A stretch of 64,000 bases of DNA from a virus, in the IMG/VR virus record IMGVR_UViG_3300009151_000031, one strand, 5' to 3'. Below the pieces are notes generated by a model that was not told the DNA's origin, made no database searches, and saw only the letters and a program-made list of their open reading frames with translations. Positions 28,040 to 37,900 of this stretch are shown here, in pieces (the stretch's first letter is position 1; each line of letters opens with the position of its first letter). A program made the translations under genes and the position numbers.

Positions 28040-29149
28040 ATGGCATTAACTAGACCGCGCATAGGACAATTTGATACTGGTAGTACCACGTTCAGTGATC
28101 CGATAACGGTATTGCACGGTGGCGCAACTACAGCCAATGTTGACGTTGGTTTCTTGATGAATCGTGCCAACGGCTTGGTCAGCAACGTGGCAATATATTG
28201 GAACGAAACAGGCAATACCTTTGTTACGGCATTTACCAGTAATACTGGCATAACAGATACTAATATTGCAGTAACCAGTTATGCACCAATTACTACAGGA
28301 CATCATTTACCTGGTGCAAACGTAACCTATGACTTGGGTAGTCCAACCCAGCGTTTCCGTAGTTTATATCTAAGCGGAAACACAATTGATTTGGGCGGTG
28401 CTGTAATCAAGTCAGATGCGGTAACCGGTGCCATTGCACTAATCCCTCAAGCAACTGCAACCAATCCAAATCCTTCTGGTATTGTTATCAGTACATCAGG
28501 CACAGTCAGTGCCATACAGACTGTGGCAGGGGTAGTAACCAGTGCCAATATTGGCAATGTAGCAAACACCGCAACAGTTTCAAGTACTAGTACTTTTGCC
28601 AATGCCAACATTAGTGGTAACTTGGTAGTCGGTGGGAATCTGACAGTAGCCGGCACAGTAACATTTACAAACAGCGTAATAGAAACTAGTACAGAAACTG
28701 TACTTGGTGTAGAAATTGTTGGCGGAAACTTGATAGCCAACTCAGGAACAGCAAGTACAAGTACAACAACAGGTGCCTTAGTAGTAGCAGGCGGAGTGGG
28801 TGTTAGTGGAGATGTAAATATTGGCGGCAATTTATCAGTTGCCAATGCTTACCTAGATCGTGGGCAAGATTTTAACGATTGGAACACGGTTACCATTATG
28901 GGCACTTATTTGATAAATAGAACTAGCTGGTCTGGAACAAGCAATACACCATTGAATTCACAGAATTTCACTGGAGTATTGGAAGTGTTAAACACAGGTA
29001 ACATTGCGCTAACACAAAATTACAGACCTTATGATAATTCAGGATCTCCTAGTGTGTCCTGGACTAGAAGCAAATTTAATACTAACAGTTGGACCGTGTG
29101 GGTTGAAATGTTAGACGGCAGCGAAGCAATGGATGGCGGAAGTTTTTAA
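28040..29149 (+). CDS. Fibre protein with C-terminal knob-like domain
   Basis: GANVTYDLGS...FRSLYLSG module. DWNT...GTY...GVLEV...TQNY...W.R...WTVW knob pattern. Ends in DGGSF. Confidence 0.75.
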   Translation: MALTRPRIGQFDTGSTTFSDPITVLHGGATTANVDVGFLMNRANGLVSNVAIYWNETGNTFVTAFTSNTGITDTNIAVTSYAPITTGHHLPGANVTYDLGSPTQRFRSLYLSGNTIDLGGAVIKSDAVTGAIALIPQATATNPNPSGIVISTSGTVSAIQTVAGVVTSANIGNVANTATVSSTSTFANANISGNLVVGGNLTVAGTVTFTNSVIETSTETVLGVEIVGGNLIANSGTASTSTTTGALVVAGGVGVSGDVNIGGNLSVANAYLDRGQDFNDWNTVTIMGTYLINRTSWSGTSNTPLNSQNFTGVLEVLNTGNIALTQNYRPYDNSGSPSVSWTRSKFNTNSWTVWVEMLDGSEAMDGGSF

Positions 29150-29161
29150 AGGATAAAAAAC

Positions 29162-30868
29162 GTGGCAAATACAATATTACTAAAAAGATCGGGCACAGCC
29201 GGCAAAGTACCACTAACAGCTAACTTATCACTTGGTGAATTAAGCGTTAACTATACTGATGGCCGTTTATACACAACCAGTGGCGCTGCCATCATTGATT
29301 TGTCACAGAACGACAAAATTACGTTATCCGGCGATGCAACTGGTACTAGCACAAATCCTAGTGCAGGCTCTAATTGGAGCAACTTAGCAGTAACATTATC
29401 AAGCACTGGGGTAACAGCTGGTAACTATGGTAGTGCTACAAGTATTCCAACAATCGTTGTTGATGCTAAAGGTCGCGTTACAAGTATTACCAGCAACGCA
29501 GTAAGCACAACAATTAGTTTAGGTGCAGGGTCTGGATCCGGTTCGGTTGCGGGAGGCGGAACATTAACAGTATCTGGTGGCACTGGTATTACAACTAGCG
29601 TAACAGGTTCCACATATACAATTACCAACGGTGGTGTAACAGGATTATCGAGTTCTGGTGCAGGTAACGTAACAGTATCAGCATCCACTGGCGCAGTAAC
29701 ATTGGCATTACCAGCAACAGGTCCGGGTGCTATATCGGCAGGTAGTTCTACGGCGATTCCGGTTGTAACAACAGACGCATATGGTCGTGTTGTTGGCTTA
29801 ACAACAGCCGCAGTGGTTGCGCCGGCTGGCACATTATCAGGTTCGACACTAGCTTCGGGCGTTACAGCATCTAGTTTAACTAGCGTTGGTACACTGGTAA
29901 ACTTAACAGTTACAAACGCAATTTCTGGTAGCGTAACCGGTAGTGCCGCAACAGCAACCACAGCCGGTACAGTAACAACAGCCGCACAACCAAACATCAC
30001 CAGTGTTGGTACACTAACTGGACTAACAGTTTCTAGTACAATTTCTGGTAGCGTAAGCGGAAGTGCCGCAACGGTTACAGGAGCAAGTCAATCAAGTATC
30101 ACAACATTAGCAGGGCTAACAAGTTTAGGTACTGCCGCAGTAACTACAACTGCCGCAGGTAACTTTGTTGTTGCTGGTAACTTGACAGTTAGCGGTACAT
30201 ACGAATATGTAAACAGTACTGTTACAGTACTACAAGATCCAATTATTGAATTAAACACCGGTGTCAACGGTGCCGCATTAACTGGCACAGCATTTGACTC
30301 TGGTATTAAAACTCACTACTGGACAGGCCTTGCAGACGCTAGTGCATTCTTTGGTCGTACCAACGACACTGGCTCATTGGAATATTATGGTTATGTATCT
30401 GGTGAATCTGGCAACGTAATTACTGGTACCTATGGTACAATTAAATCTGGTGCATTAGTTTTAGCAAATAGCACAGCCAGCTCAAGCACTACAACTGGTG
30501 CATTGCAAGTATCCGGTGGTGCTGGTATTGCTGGTGCAGTATATGCCGGTTCATTGTATGATACTGGTAACAGAGTCTTAACATCAGCAAGCTCACACAG
30601 TAACAGTGGTGGTGACGTAACAGTAAGCGGTGCATATAACGCATTGTCATTGACACTGGCTACGGTGAACACAAACGTAGGTACATTTGGTAATGCTACT
30701 TACAATCAAGGTATAACAGTAAACGGCAAAGGTTTAATAACTGGTGTTACAACAGCATTGATTACTCCAGCGTTTAGTAGCTTGACCGGTACACCAACAA
30801 CATTAAGCGGATACGGAATTACAGATGCATTGAGTACAAGTGCTACCATTGATGGCGGTAGTTTTTAA
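29162..30868 (+). CDS. Fibre protein
   Basis: GTG start with SD AAGGA. ILLKRSG...GELSVNYTDGRLY N-terminus, GVTAGNYGSAT...VDAKGRVT motifs, DPIIELN module. Ends in DGGSF. Confidence 0.8.
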   Translation: MANTILLKRSGTAGKVPLTANLSLGELSVNYTDGRLYTTSGAAIIDLSQNDKITLSGDATGTSTNPSAGSNWSNLAVTLSSTGVTAGNYGSATSIPTIVVDAKGRVTSITSNAVSTTISLGAGSGSGSVAGGGTLTVSGGTGITTSVTGSTYTITNGGVTGLSSSGAGNVTVSASTGAVTLALPATGPGAISAGSSTAIPVVTTDAYGRVVGLTTAAVVAPAGTLSGSTLASGVTASSLTSVGTLVNLTVTNAISGSVTGSAATATTAGTVTTAAQPNITSVGTLTGLTVSSTISGSVSGSAATVTGASQSSITTLAGLTSLGTAAVTTTAAGNFVVAGNLTVSGTYEYVNSTVTVLQDPIIELNTGVNGAALTGTAFDSGIKTHYWTGLADASAFFGRTNDTGSLEYYGYVSGESGNVITGTYGTIKSGALVLANSTASSSTTTGALQVSGGAGIAGAVYAGSLYDTGNRVLTSASSHSNSGGDVTVSGAYNALSLTLATVNTNVGTFGNATYNQGITVNGKGLITGVTTALITPAFSSLTGTPTTLSGYGITDALSTSATIDGGSF

Positions 30869-30936
30869 AATTTAAAGGAATTTTTATTCCTGTAAGATTT
30901 AGTTTTTACTAAATTATTAACCTTATTAGGTAGAGA

Positions 30937-33117
30937 ATGGCGCAACCAATTTTATTAAAGCGCAGTTCGGTTGCTGGCAAAGCACCGCTAACTGCCAATT
31001 TACAGTACGGTGAATTATCCATCAATTATACCGATGGCGCTCTCTACTACCTAACGTCCAATAACACCGTTAACTCATTTCTAAGTAACGGTTCTACACT
31101 TACAGCAAACTTTGGCGGTAACGTTGTTACCACAGGCAACGTATTTACTGGCGGCAACTTAATAATAGGCCCAACAGTTAGTGGATTGCTTGGTCGAGTA
31201 AGCAACAGCACAGCACTTTTAGTAAATCCAAGTGGTGTAACACCGGTAGCACAGTCTTCATTTAATCCAATGGTTCATATTGTTGGTCGCGATGGGGTTG
31301 GAACCGTATTGGCCATTGATTGTTTTGGTAACGGCTGCGGTATTATTAATCGTCACGGTCGCGGAACTACAGCTAGTCCAACTCCTGCAGGCCCAAATGA
31401 TTGCATGGGTGGGATAGTGGCCGTTGGTTACGGCACAACAGGATTTAGTACAGCCAACATTGACTTGATGGCAGGTCTCAGGATCACTTCCACAGAGTTA
31501 TTCACCGACACATCAATGCCAACCAAGTTGGAGTTACGAACTGTTCCAGTTGGCAGTAATACCGCAGTTTTGGCAATGACTTTAAATGCCAGCGGTGTTA
31601 TTAGTATACATAGTACAACAGATTCCACAAGTACCACTACAGGTGCCTTGGTTGTTGCTGGTGGTGCAGGTATTGCTGGTAAGTTATATATTGCCAACAC
31701 CGGTGATGTCAGTGCCAATATTGGCGCATATCAGACTTATGCCAATACGACTATATCAAGTACACAAGCTAACATTGGCGCATATCAGACTTTTGCCAAT
31801 ACAACCATATCAACTACACAAGCCAATATTGGCGCATATCAGACTTATGCCAATACAACCAATGCTACTACACAGGCAAACTTGGGTGCTTATCAGACTT
31901 ATGCCAACCTTACTGCGGTAACACAGGCAACTAGTATTAGCACAATTAACGCAAACGTAGGTGCATATCAGACATTTGCTAATACAACCAATGCTACTAC
32001 ACAGGCAAACTTAGGCGCATATCAGACTTTTGCCAATACAACTATATCAACTACACAGGCAAACTTAGGTGCATATCAGACTTTTGCCAATGCCAACGTA
32101 AGTAATTTATACAACAGTATACTGGGATCAAATTCTGCAATAGTAACAGCCAATGCGGCAATGAAGTCATATGTTGACACCTCATTAAGCACATTGACCA
32201 ATGGTGCATCTACTGCATTAGATACTCTATTAGAGATTGGAACAGCACTAGGCAATAACGCCAACTTTAGTGGCGTCGTAATAACTTGGTTGGGAAATAT
32301 CACTGCCAATAATACAGCGGCCAATGCAACTATATCAAGTACACAAGCCAATATTGGTGCATATCAGACTTATGGTAATGCTCAATTGGCATTACGTGCT
32401 CCAATTGCCAATCCATCATTTACCGGTGAATTGACCAGTGCCGGCAATATAACTGTTACTGGACATGTATTACCCAGTGCCAACGTAACCTATAGCTTGG
32501 GTAGCCCAACCCGGAGGTGGAAAGACCTATATCTAAGTGGAAACACTATGGTACTTGGTCAAGCCAACATACAGTCACACGACAGTGGTATTACTATATA
32601 CGCACCACAGCAGACTATAACCCTCAATCAAAATCTACACACCACAGCAACTCCATCATTTGCTAACGTAACTGCCACCGGCAATTTATTAGTCAGTGGA
32701 AAATTACGCGACATTAATGGTAATGCCGGTCTAAGTGGACAGTACTTAGTATCTACAAGCACCGGCGTACAATGGTACACACAGGCCAGTGGAAGCGGTG
32801 CATTATCTGGACTGAGCGATGTTAATTTGAGCAGTCCGCAAGCTCAGCAAGTTTTAACATATAATGGTACTTACTGGGTCAACGCGGCAGCTGGCGTAAC
32901 AGTAGCATCTGCGGTATTTGCATCTAGTCAAACAGACAACGGGTTAGTAAACGATGCTATTGTGTCGGTTGCAGAAGATGAAGGCTTTGTCATAGAGGTA
33001 TCCAATAATATCTATGATTTGGGAGTTTTAAGTTTCACCGGTATTATTTCGTTAAATAACATAGACCAATCGATTAAGTCAGATTATTTGGGTTATTCGA
33101 TTATTTTTGGATTCTAA
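30937..33117 (+). CDS. Fibre protein with 18-aa coiled-coil repeats
   Basis: ILLKRSS...GELSINYTDG N-terminus, ANxGAYQT(Y/F)ANTT repeats. Ends in YSIIFGF. Confidence 0.8.
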   Translation: MAQPILLKRSSVAGKAPLTANLQYGELSINYTDGALYYLTSNNTVNSFLSNGSTLTANFGGNVVTTGNVFTGGNLIIGPTVSGLLGRVSNSTALLVNPSGVTPVAQSSFNPMVHIVGRDGVGTVLAIDCFGNGCGIINRHGRGTTASPTPAGPNDCMGGIVAVGYGTTGFSTANIDLMAGLRITSTELFTDTSMPTKLELRTVPVGSNTAVLAMTLNASGVISIHSTTDSTSTTTGALVVAGGAGIAGKLYIANTGDVSANIGAYQTYANTTISSTQANIGAYQTFANTTISTTQANIGAYQTYANTTNATTQANLGAYQTYANLTAVTQATSISTINANVGAYQTFANTTNATTQANLGAYQTFANTTISTTQANLGAYQTFANANVSNLYNSILGSNSAIVTANAAMKSYVDTSLSTLTNGASTALDTLLEIGTALGNNANFSGVVITWLGNITANNTAANATISSTQANIGAYQTYGNAQLALRAPIANPSFTGELTSAGNITVTGHVLPSANVTYSLGSPTRRWKDLYLSGNTMVLGQANIQSHDSGITIYAPQQTITLNQNLHTTATPSFANVTATGNLLVSGKLRDINGNAGLSGQYLVSTSTGVQWYTQASGSGALSGLSDVNLSSPQAQQVLTYNGTYWVNAAAGVTVASAVFASSQTDNGLVNDAIVSVAEDEGFVIEVSNNIYDLGVLSFTGIISLNNIDQSIKSDYLGYSIIFGF
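31714..32094 (+). repeat. Seven in-frame ~54-bp tandem repeats (ANxGAYQTxANTTxxTTQ)
   Basis: A core like GG(C/T)GC(A/T)TATCAGAC(T/A)T(A/T)TGC recurs every 54 bp. One unit is 21 bp longer. An eighth degenerate copy lies near 32350. Confidence 0.92.
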
Positions 33118-33125
33118 GGAAAAAC

Positions 33126-36008
33126 ATGGCACGCCAACTGATAGAAAAGTATATTTTTAGCCCTAACGTAGCAGGGGCAGGAACATTAAAGTTTCCGGGT
33201 AAAGTAGACTTAACGCAATTATTGATTATTGCAAATAAAACTCAACAAACCAATATTTACGCCATTGGTGATCCAACCAAAAACGGCACGCTGGTATACA
33301 GCGAAAGCGATACTACCTTCTTAGGTGGATCCTCTCAATACTCTGAACAAGTCGGTGTTACCACTGTGACATTTTTTGCCGACACATCTGCAATGTTAAG
33401 TTCGGATGCTATTGCAATTTATTCCGATGCCCCAAAACAACAAGGTAATATTGTGCGTCCTTATGCGTTTGGGGTTGACGCAATTGAGCGTCAGCGTGTT
33501 GCTACACCACAGTCATTGATTGACGCTGACTTTGAATACGGACTACAGCCGACCAAGTGGCAAAACTACACAGACATCCGTGGTATTCCGGGTATTTACG
33601 AAAAGCCCGGTCTAGATTTATTTGTTACAAATATTGTATCAGACGGTGGTAACCCAAGCGTTATCACAGTAACAGTCAGTGCGGCACATGGACTAAGCGT
33701 AACTAATCCTGTTATTATATTTGGCCTTGGCGGTGTGTCAAACTCGGCACGTGCTGAAGGTGCTTTTGTTATTGCTACAGTCCCAGACACAACTTCATTC
33801 ACTTATTTTGCCAAAGGTATTGTTGGAGTATCGGGTACTTCTGTGTACACTGGTAGCACATACGGTCGACGTGGCGGTTTCTATGCAGGGTCTGGATTGC
33901 CAATTAGCGGTTATGTCAGTGACAGCAATAGCCCAAGTAAAATTACAGTCACATGTAGCGCGGCACACGGATTGGTGCCTGGCGCTCCAATTGTTAACGT
34001 AGTCACATCTAGTGGAACATATCACACATTAATGGGTGGTAATTTCTTTGTTGAAACAGTTCCTACAGCAACAACATTTACATTTACGGCCAGAGTTGGT
34101 GGTGCAGTACAAAACTCTGGCATCATAGCAACAACTTACACACGAAGCGATGCATTCGTTCAACATAGACCATTTGACGGTGGTATTAATTTGGGTACAT
34201 TCTTACCAAGCCACGGGGCAAGTATATCAAGACAGACCAAAAAGTATATGCGTTACCAGTCTGGTAAAGGTATGTTATGGACAAGTGGTGTATTGTTTAA
34301 CCCAGTTATTAACCTGGATCAAATTAGTGCAAGCAATACAACTACCGGTTCTACAATTACAGTTACAACAGAAACAGATCACGGCTTACAAGCTGGCGCC
34401 ACTGTGGAAATTGCTGGTGTTGTGACATCGGGCTATAATGGTACATATGGTGTTGTTGGGGTAACTAGCGAAAGCGTATTTACATTGAGTGCCACACAAA
34501 CATTGGGTAGCACATCAGCAGTTATCACTAACTTACCGCGTGTAACAGTCAAAGCCTGGCATGGTGCTACAACTCGATGCGGTGCATTTGATGACCAGAA
34601 CGGATTGTTTTGGGAGTTTGACGGCAAAGAGCTAGCAGTGGTCAAACGCTCGGCTACATATCAGCTGTCTGGATTTATTACTGTTAACTCAGGCAGTCAG
34701 GCTGTTACCGGAACAAGTTCACGGTTTACACAACAACTTAAAACTGGGGATCGTATTGTTATTCGCGGCATGACCTATATGGTTGGTACAATTACTGATG
34801 ATACAACCATGACCATTAACCCAGAATACCGCGGCGTTAATAACGCTACCAGTTGCAAGATTGCACAGGTTATTGACCAGCGTGTACCACAAAGCCAATT
34901 TAACATTGACCGATTAGATGGTACAGGTATTAGTGGATACAACATTAACTTAAACAAAATGCAAATGCTAGGAATTTCATTCTCCTGGTACGGTGCCGGC
35001 TTTGTTGATTTTCTCTTGCGCGGTCCAGATGGTAACATGATCCTGGCACATAGGTTGAAACAAAATAACGTTAATGATGAAGCATATATGCGTACAGGTA
35101 ACCAAGCTGTGCGATACCAAGCTATCAATGAATCTGCACGTGATAGATTGTACGCCAACATTAATAGCTCAGTTACATCAATCCAGGTATATGATGTTAG
35201 CCGTTTCCCTAATACAGGCGGAACAGTTTTAATTGACCAGGAGTGTATCAATTACACAGGTATTAGTTTAGGTACTAATACATTGACTGGATGTACACGT
35301 GGTGCTAGTTTTAGCCTGTTTGTTGGCGGATCTACAAAGTCATTTACTGGTAGCGCAGCCGCTAGTCATGCCGCTGGCAACGGTTATACATCTGTGACAT
35401 TAATTAGTTGTACTTGTGCTCCGATTGTTAATCACTGGGGTAGTAGTTATATCATGGACGGATTATTTGACACAGACCGCGGCTACTACTTTAACTATGC
35501 ATCATTGGGAACTGTACTTACAGCTAACCAAAGTAAAACAACATTCTTTTTACGTTTGGCACCTAGCGTAAGTAATTCTATTGCCGGACAGTTTGGCGAT
35601 AGAGATTTGATCAACCGTTCTCAATTGCTATTACAGCAGTTGCAAATTCAGTCAGACCAATCAGTGCAAGTATACGGTATTTTAAATCCTGGTAATATTG
35701 ATGCCAGTTCGCTAACATGGCAAGCAGTTAACTCTGCGGCCCTGGGATCTCAACCAAGTTTTGCTCAAATTTCAACAAGTAGCTCAACAGTTGCTACCCC
35801 AGGAGAACAGAACTTTAGTACATTGGGACAACCTGGCGGATTTGCACAAATTGACCTAACCAATCTGAAAGAATTAACAAACTCTGCAATCGGTGGATAC
35901 AGCAATTATCCAGACGGACCAGACGTTTTAGCAGTTGTTGTTAAAAACCTAACAGCTAACACAGCCAACGTAAACATTAACTTGTTTTGGTCCGAGGCAC
36001 AGGCGTAA
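33126..36008 (+). CDS. Large virion structural protein (960 aa)
   Basis: PQSLIDADFEYGLQPTKW motif and repeated ITVT..AAHGL beta domains. Confidence 0.75.
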   Translation: MARQLIEKYIFSPNVAGAGTLKFPGKVDLTQLLIIANKTQQTNIYAIGDPTKNGTLVYSESDTTFLGGSSQYSEQVGVTTVTFFADTSAMLSSDAIAIYSDAPKQQGNIVRPYAFGVDAIERQRVATPQSLIDADFEYGLQPTKWQNYTDIRGIPGIYEKPGLDLFVTNIVSDGGNPSVITVTVSAAHGLSVTNPVIIFGLGGVSNSARAEGAFVIATVPDTTSFTYFAKGIVGVSGTSVYTGSTYGRRGGFYAGSGLPISGYVSDSNSPSKITVTCSAAHGLVPGAPIVNVVTSSGTYHTLMGGNFFVETVPTATTFTFTARVGGAVQNSGIIATTYTRSDAFVQHRPFDGGINLGTFLPSHGASISRQTKKYMRYQSGKGMLWTSGVLFNPVINLDQISASNTTTGSTITVTTETDHGLQAGATVEIAGVVTSGYNGTYGVVGVTSESVFTLSATQTLGSTSAVITNLPRVTVKAWHGATTRCGAFDDQNGLFWEFDGKELAVVKRSATYQLSGFITVNSGSQAVTGTSSRFTQQLKTGDRIVIRGMTYMVGTITDDTTMTINPEYRGVNNATSCKIAQVIDQRVPQSQFNIDRLDGTGISGYNINLNKMQMLGISFSWYGAGFVDFLLRGPDGNMILAHRLKQNNVNDEAYMRTGNQAVRYQAINESARDRLYANINSSVTSIQVYDVSRFPNTGGTVLIDQECINYTGISLGTNTLTGCTRGASFSLFVGGSTKSFTGSAAASHAAGNGYTSVTLISCTCAPIVNHWGSSYIMDGLFDTDRGYYFNYASLGTVLTANQSKTTFFLRLAPSVSNSIAGQFGDRDLINRSQLLLQQLQIQSDQSVQVYGILNPGNIDASSLTWQAVNSAALGSQPSFAQISTSSSTVATPGEQNFSTLGQPGGFAQIDLTNLKELTNSAIGGYSNYPDGPDVLAVVVKNLTANTANVNINLFWSEAQA

Positions 36009-36013
36009 CCAAG

Positions 36014-36021
36014 TATAAATA
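36014..36021 (+). promoter_or_regulatory. Late promoter TATAAATA
   Basis: Exact consensus upstream of SD GAGG and the ATG at 36040. Confidence 0.78.
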
Positions 36022-36039
36022 TAGAAACAGAGGATAGAT

Positions 36040-37176
36040 ATGGCAAATCAAGTACAATTTAGACGAGGAACTACTACCCAGAATAACGCCTTTACCGGCG
36101 CCGCTGGCGAGATTACCTATGATACTGATGCCAAAACGCTACGTTTACACGATGGCACAACTGCCGGCGGCGGTGCGACGGTATTAACCACCGGTGCTAC
36201 TCAGACAGTATTAAACAAAACAATGAGTACCGGGTCCACTTGGCAAGGTACTCCTGTTGCATTAGCATATGGTGGCACCGGTAGTGCATTGACCGCGGCT
36301 GCAGGCGCAGTTCCATATTCTACTTCAAGTGGTATGGGGCTAAGCCTAGCCGGTACATCGGGCCAGATTTTAGTGTCTGGAGGTACAGGATCTCCAACTT
36401 GGGTCAGCGGGTCCACGCTAACTGTTGGTACGGCTACAGTTGCTACCAGTGCAACAAATATTCAAGGCGGTAGTGCTGGACAATTAATGATCCAGGCAGA
36501 TACCAACTTAACAACATTCATTACAGCTGGTGCTCAAGGTACCTTCTTAAAATCTGCTGGTGCAGGATATGCTCCTACGTGGGCGGCCGGACAGGTAACT
36601 TATGGTAACACAACGGTGTCACTTGGTAGTAATAGTGCAGGCGTTTTAAATGGTATTACTACATTAAACAGCGACATACAATTTGTACCATTACCAACAG
36701 GTAATACTGCTCAACGCCCAGGCGGTGCATACAACACTATTAGCCCACAATTAGGGCATGTACGCTATAACACTCAACTTCAAAGTTTTGAAGGATACGG
36801 CGCAGGTAATGCTTGGTCTAGTTTGGGTGGTGTTACTTCTGTAGACAAAAAAGCATATATCCAAGCAGAAACAAGCGCAGGTGCAGGCGATGACGTAATA
36901 CGTGTTTACGCCGGCGATAGTGGAACAGCTACACAGGCTATGTTCGCCAGCACAAGCAACGTAAGTATTTTAGTTGGTGCAAATTTAACATATCGTAACT
37001 CTACTACTAGTATTTTTCCAGGTATTGCTAACGTAAACTTGGCAACATTGTACGGAACTGAAGCTACATTGACATCAAATTTTGATGGATTTGGCGTGCC
37101 GACTGGAAATTTTGGTCGGTATGATTTAATGGATCCAGTTGGTAGTGTAAAAACGTACGATCTTGGAATATTATAA
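36040..37176 (+). CDS. Fibre protein with Mtd_N-like N-terminal domain
   Basis: VQFRRGTT...FTGAAGEITYDTDAKTLRLHDGTTAGG resembles the N-terminus of the BPP-1 major tropism determinant. Confidence 0.75.
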   Translation: MANQVQFRRGTTTQNNAFTGAAGEITYDTDAKTLRLHDGTTAGGGATVLTTGATQTVLNKTMSTGSTWQGTPVALAYGGTGSALTAAAGAVPYSTSSGMGLSLAGTSGQILVSGGTGSPTWVSGSTLTVGTATVATSATNIQGGSAGQLMIQADTNLTTFITAGAQGTFLKSAGAGYAPTWAAGQVTYGNTTVSLGSNSAGVLNGITTLNSDIQFVPLPTGNTAQRPGGAYNTISPQLGHVRYNTQLQSFEGYGAGNAWSSLGGVTSVDKKAYIQAETSAGAGDDVIRVYAGDSGTATQAMFASTSNVSILVGANLTYRNSTTSIFPGIANVNLATLYGTEATLTSNFDGFGVPTGNFGRYDLMDPVGSVKTYDLGIL

Positions 37177-37215
37177 GAACACTTTAAGATAAATAACATA
37201 TAAGGAATTTAAGAG

Positions 37216-37887
37216 ATGCCAACACAAGTACAATTTAGACGAGGTAACAACGCCGCTTCCAACGCCTATGTTGGCGCCGCCGGCGAACTCGCTGTTAACT
37301 CCGATTCGGGCACGATACACGTACACGACGGCTCAACACCGGGCGGTAACATAGCAGTGACTACAACGGGCACTCAGACACTAACAAACAAAACATTTGG
37401 TAACGTAAACTTATCTGGTAACATTGTTCCTACAGCCAACCTAACTTATAACTTAGGATCATCGGTTCAATGGTTTAATACATTTTACGGTATCTCTTCT
37501 CAAGCCAAATACGCTGACTTGGCAGAAAAATATACGTCAGACAAAGAATATCCAATTGGCACAGTAGTTGTATTTGGTGGAACACACGAAATTACATCAT
37601 CAACTATTGATCACGATACTCGTATTGCTGGAGTCATTTCTGGTGAACCGGCATACTTGATGAATGCCGCAGGAGCAGGCCAAGCTGTTGCACTAACAGG
37701 TCGTGTTCCGTGCCGAGTTAAAGGTCCTGTTACAAAAGGTGATGTACTAGTAACTAGTAGTATAGAAGGTGTGGCACAAACAATTGATAATGATAAATTT
37801 ATTCCTGGTTGTATTTTAGGAAAAAGTTTAAGCACAGTCAGATCCGATGATATTGTAACTATTGAAGTGGTAGTTGGTAAACATTAA
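37216..37887 (+). CDS. Short fibre: Mtd_N-like domain plus peptidase G2-like chaperone domain
   Basis: VQFRRG...GAAGELAVN...VHDGSTPGG. KYADLAE...ALTGRVPC...LGKSL. Confidence 0.75.
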   Translation: MPTQVQFRRGNNAASNAYVGAAGELAVNSDSGTIHVHDGSTPGGNIAVTTTGTQTLTNKTFGNVNLSGNIVPTANLTYNLGSSVQWFNTFYGISSQAKYADLAEKYTSDKEYPIGTVVVFGGTHEITSSTIDHDTRIAGVISGEPAYLMNAAGAGQAVALTGRVPCRVKGPVTKGDVLVTSSIEGVAQTIDNDKFIPGCILGKSLSTVRSDDIVTIEVVVGKH

Positions 37888-37900
37888 TATTTAACATACT

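Noticed and set aside
31714-32094. CRISPR- or TIGR-like array
   Set aside because: The repeats are in-frame coding units without unique spacers, and no Cas or Nop-domain gene is present.
18596-37835. Many 60-190 aa antisense or alternate-frame ORFs within the fibre genes
   Set aside because: These are shadow ORFs expected from Thr/Gly/Ala/Val codon bias. They lack SDs, promoters and recognisable motifs.
36040-37887. Diversity-generating retroelement suggested by the Mtd_N-like domains
   Set aside because: No reverse transcriptase, no adenine-divergent TR/VR repeat pair seen, and the C-termini are not C-type-lectin-like. A DGR elsewhere in the genome cannot be excluded.
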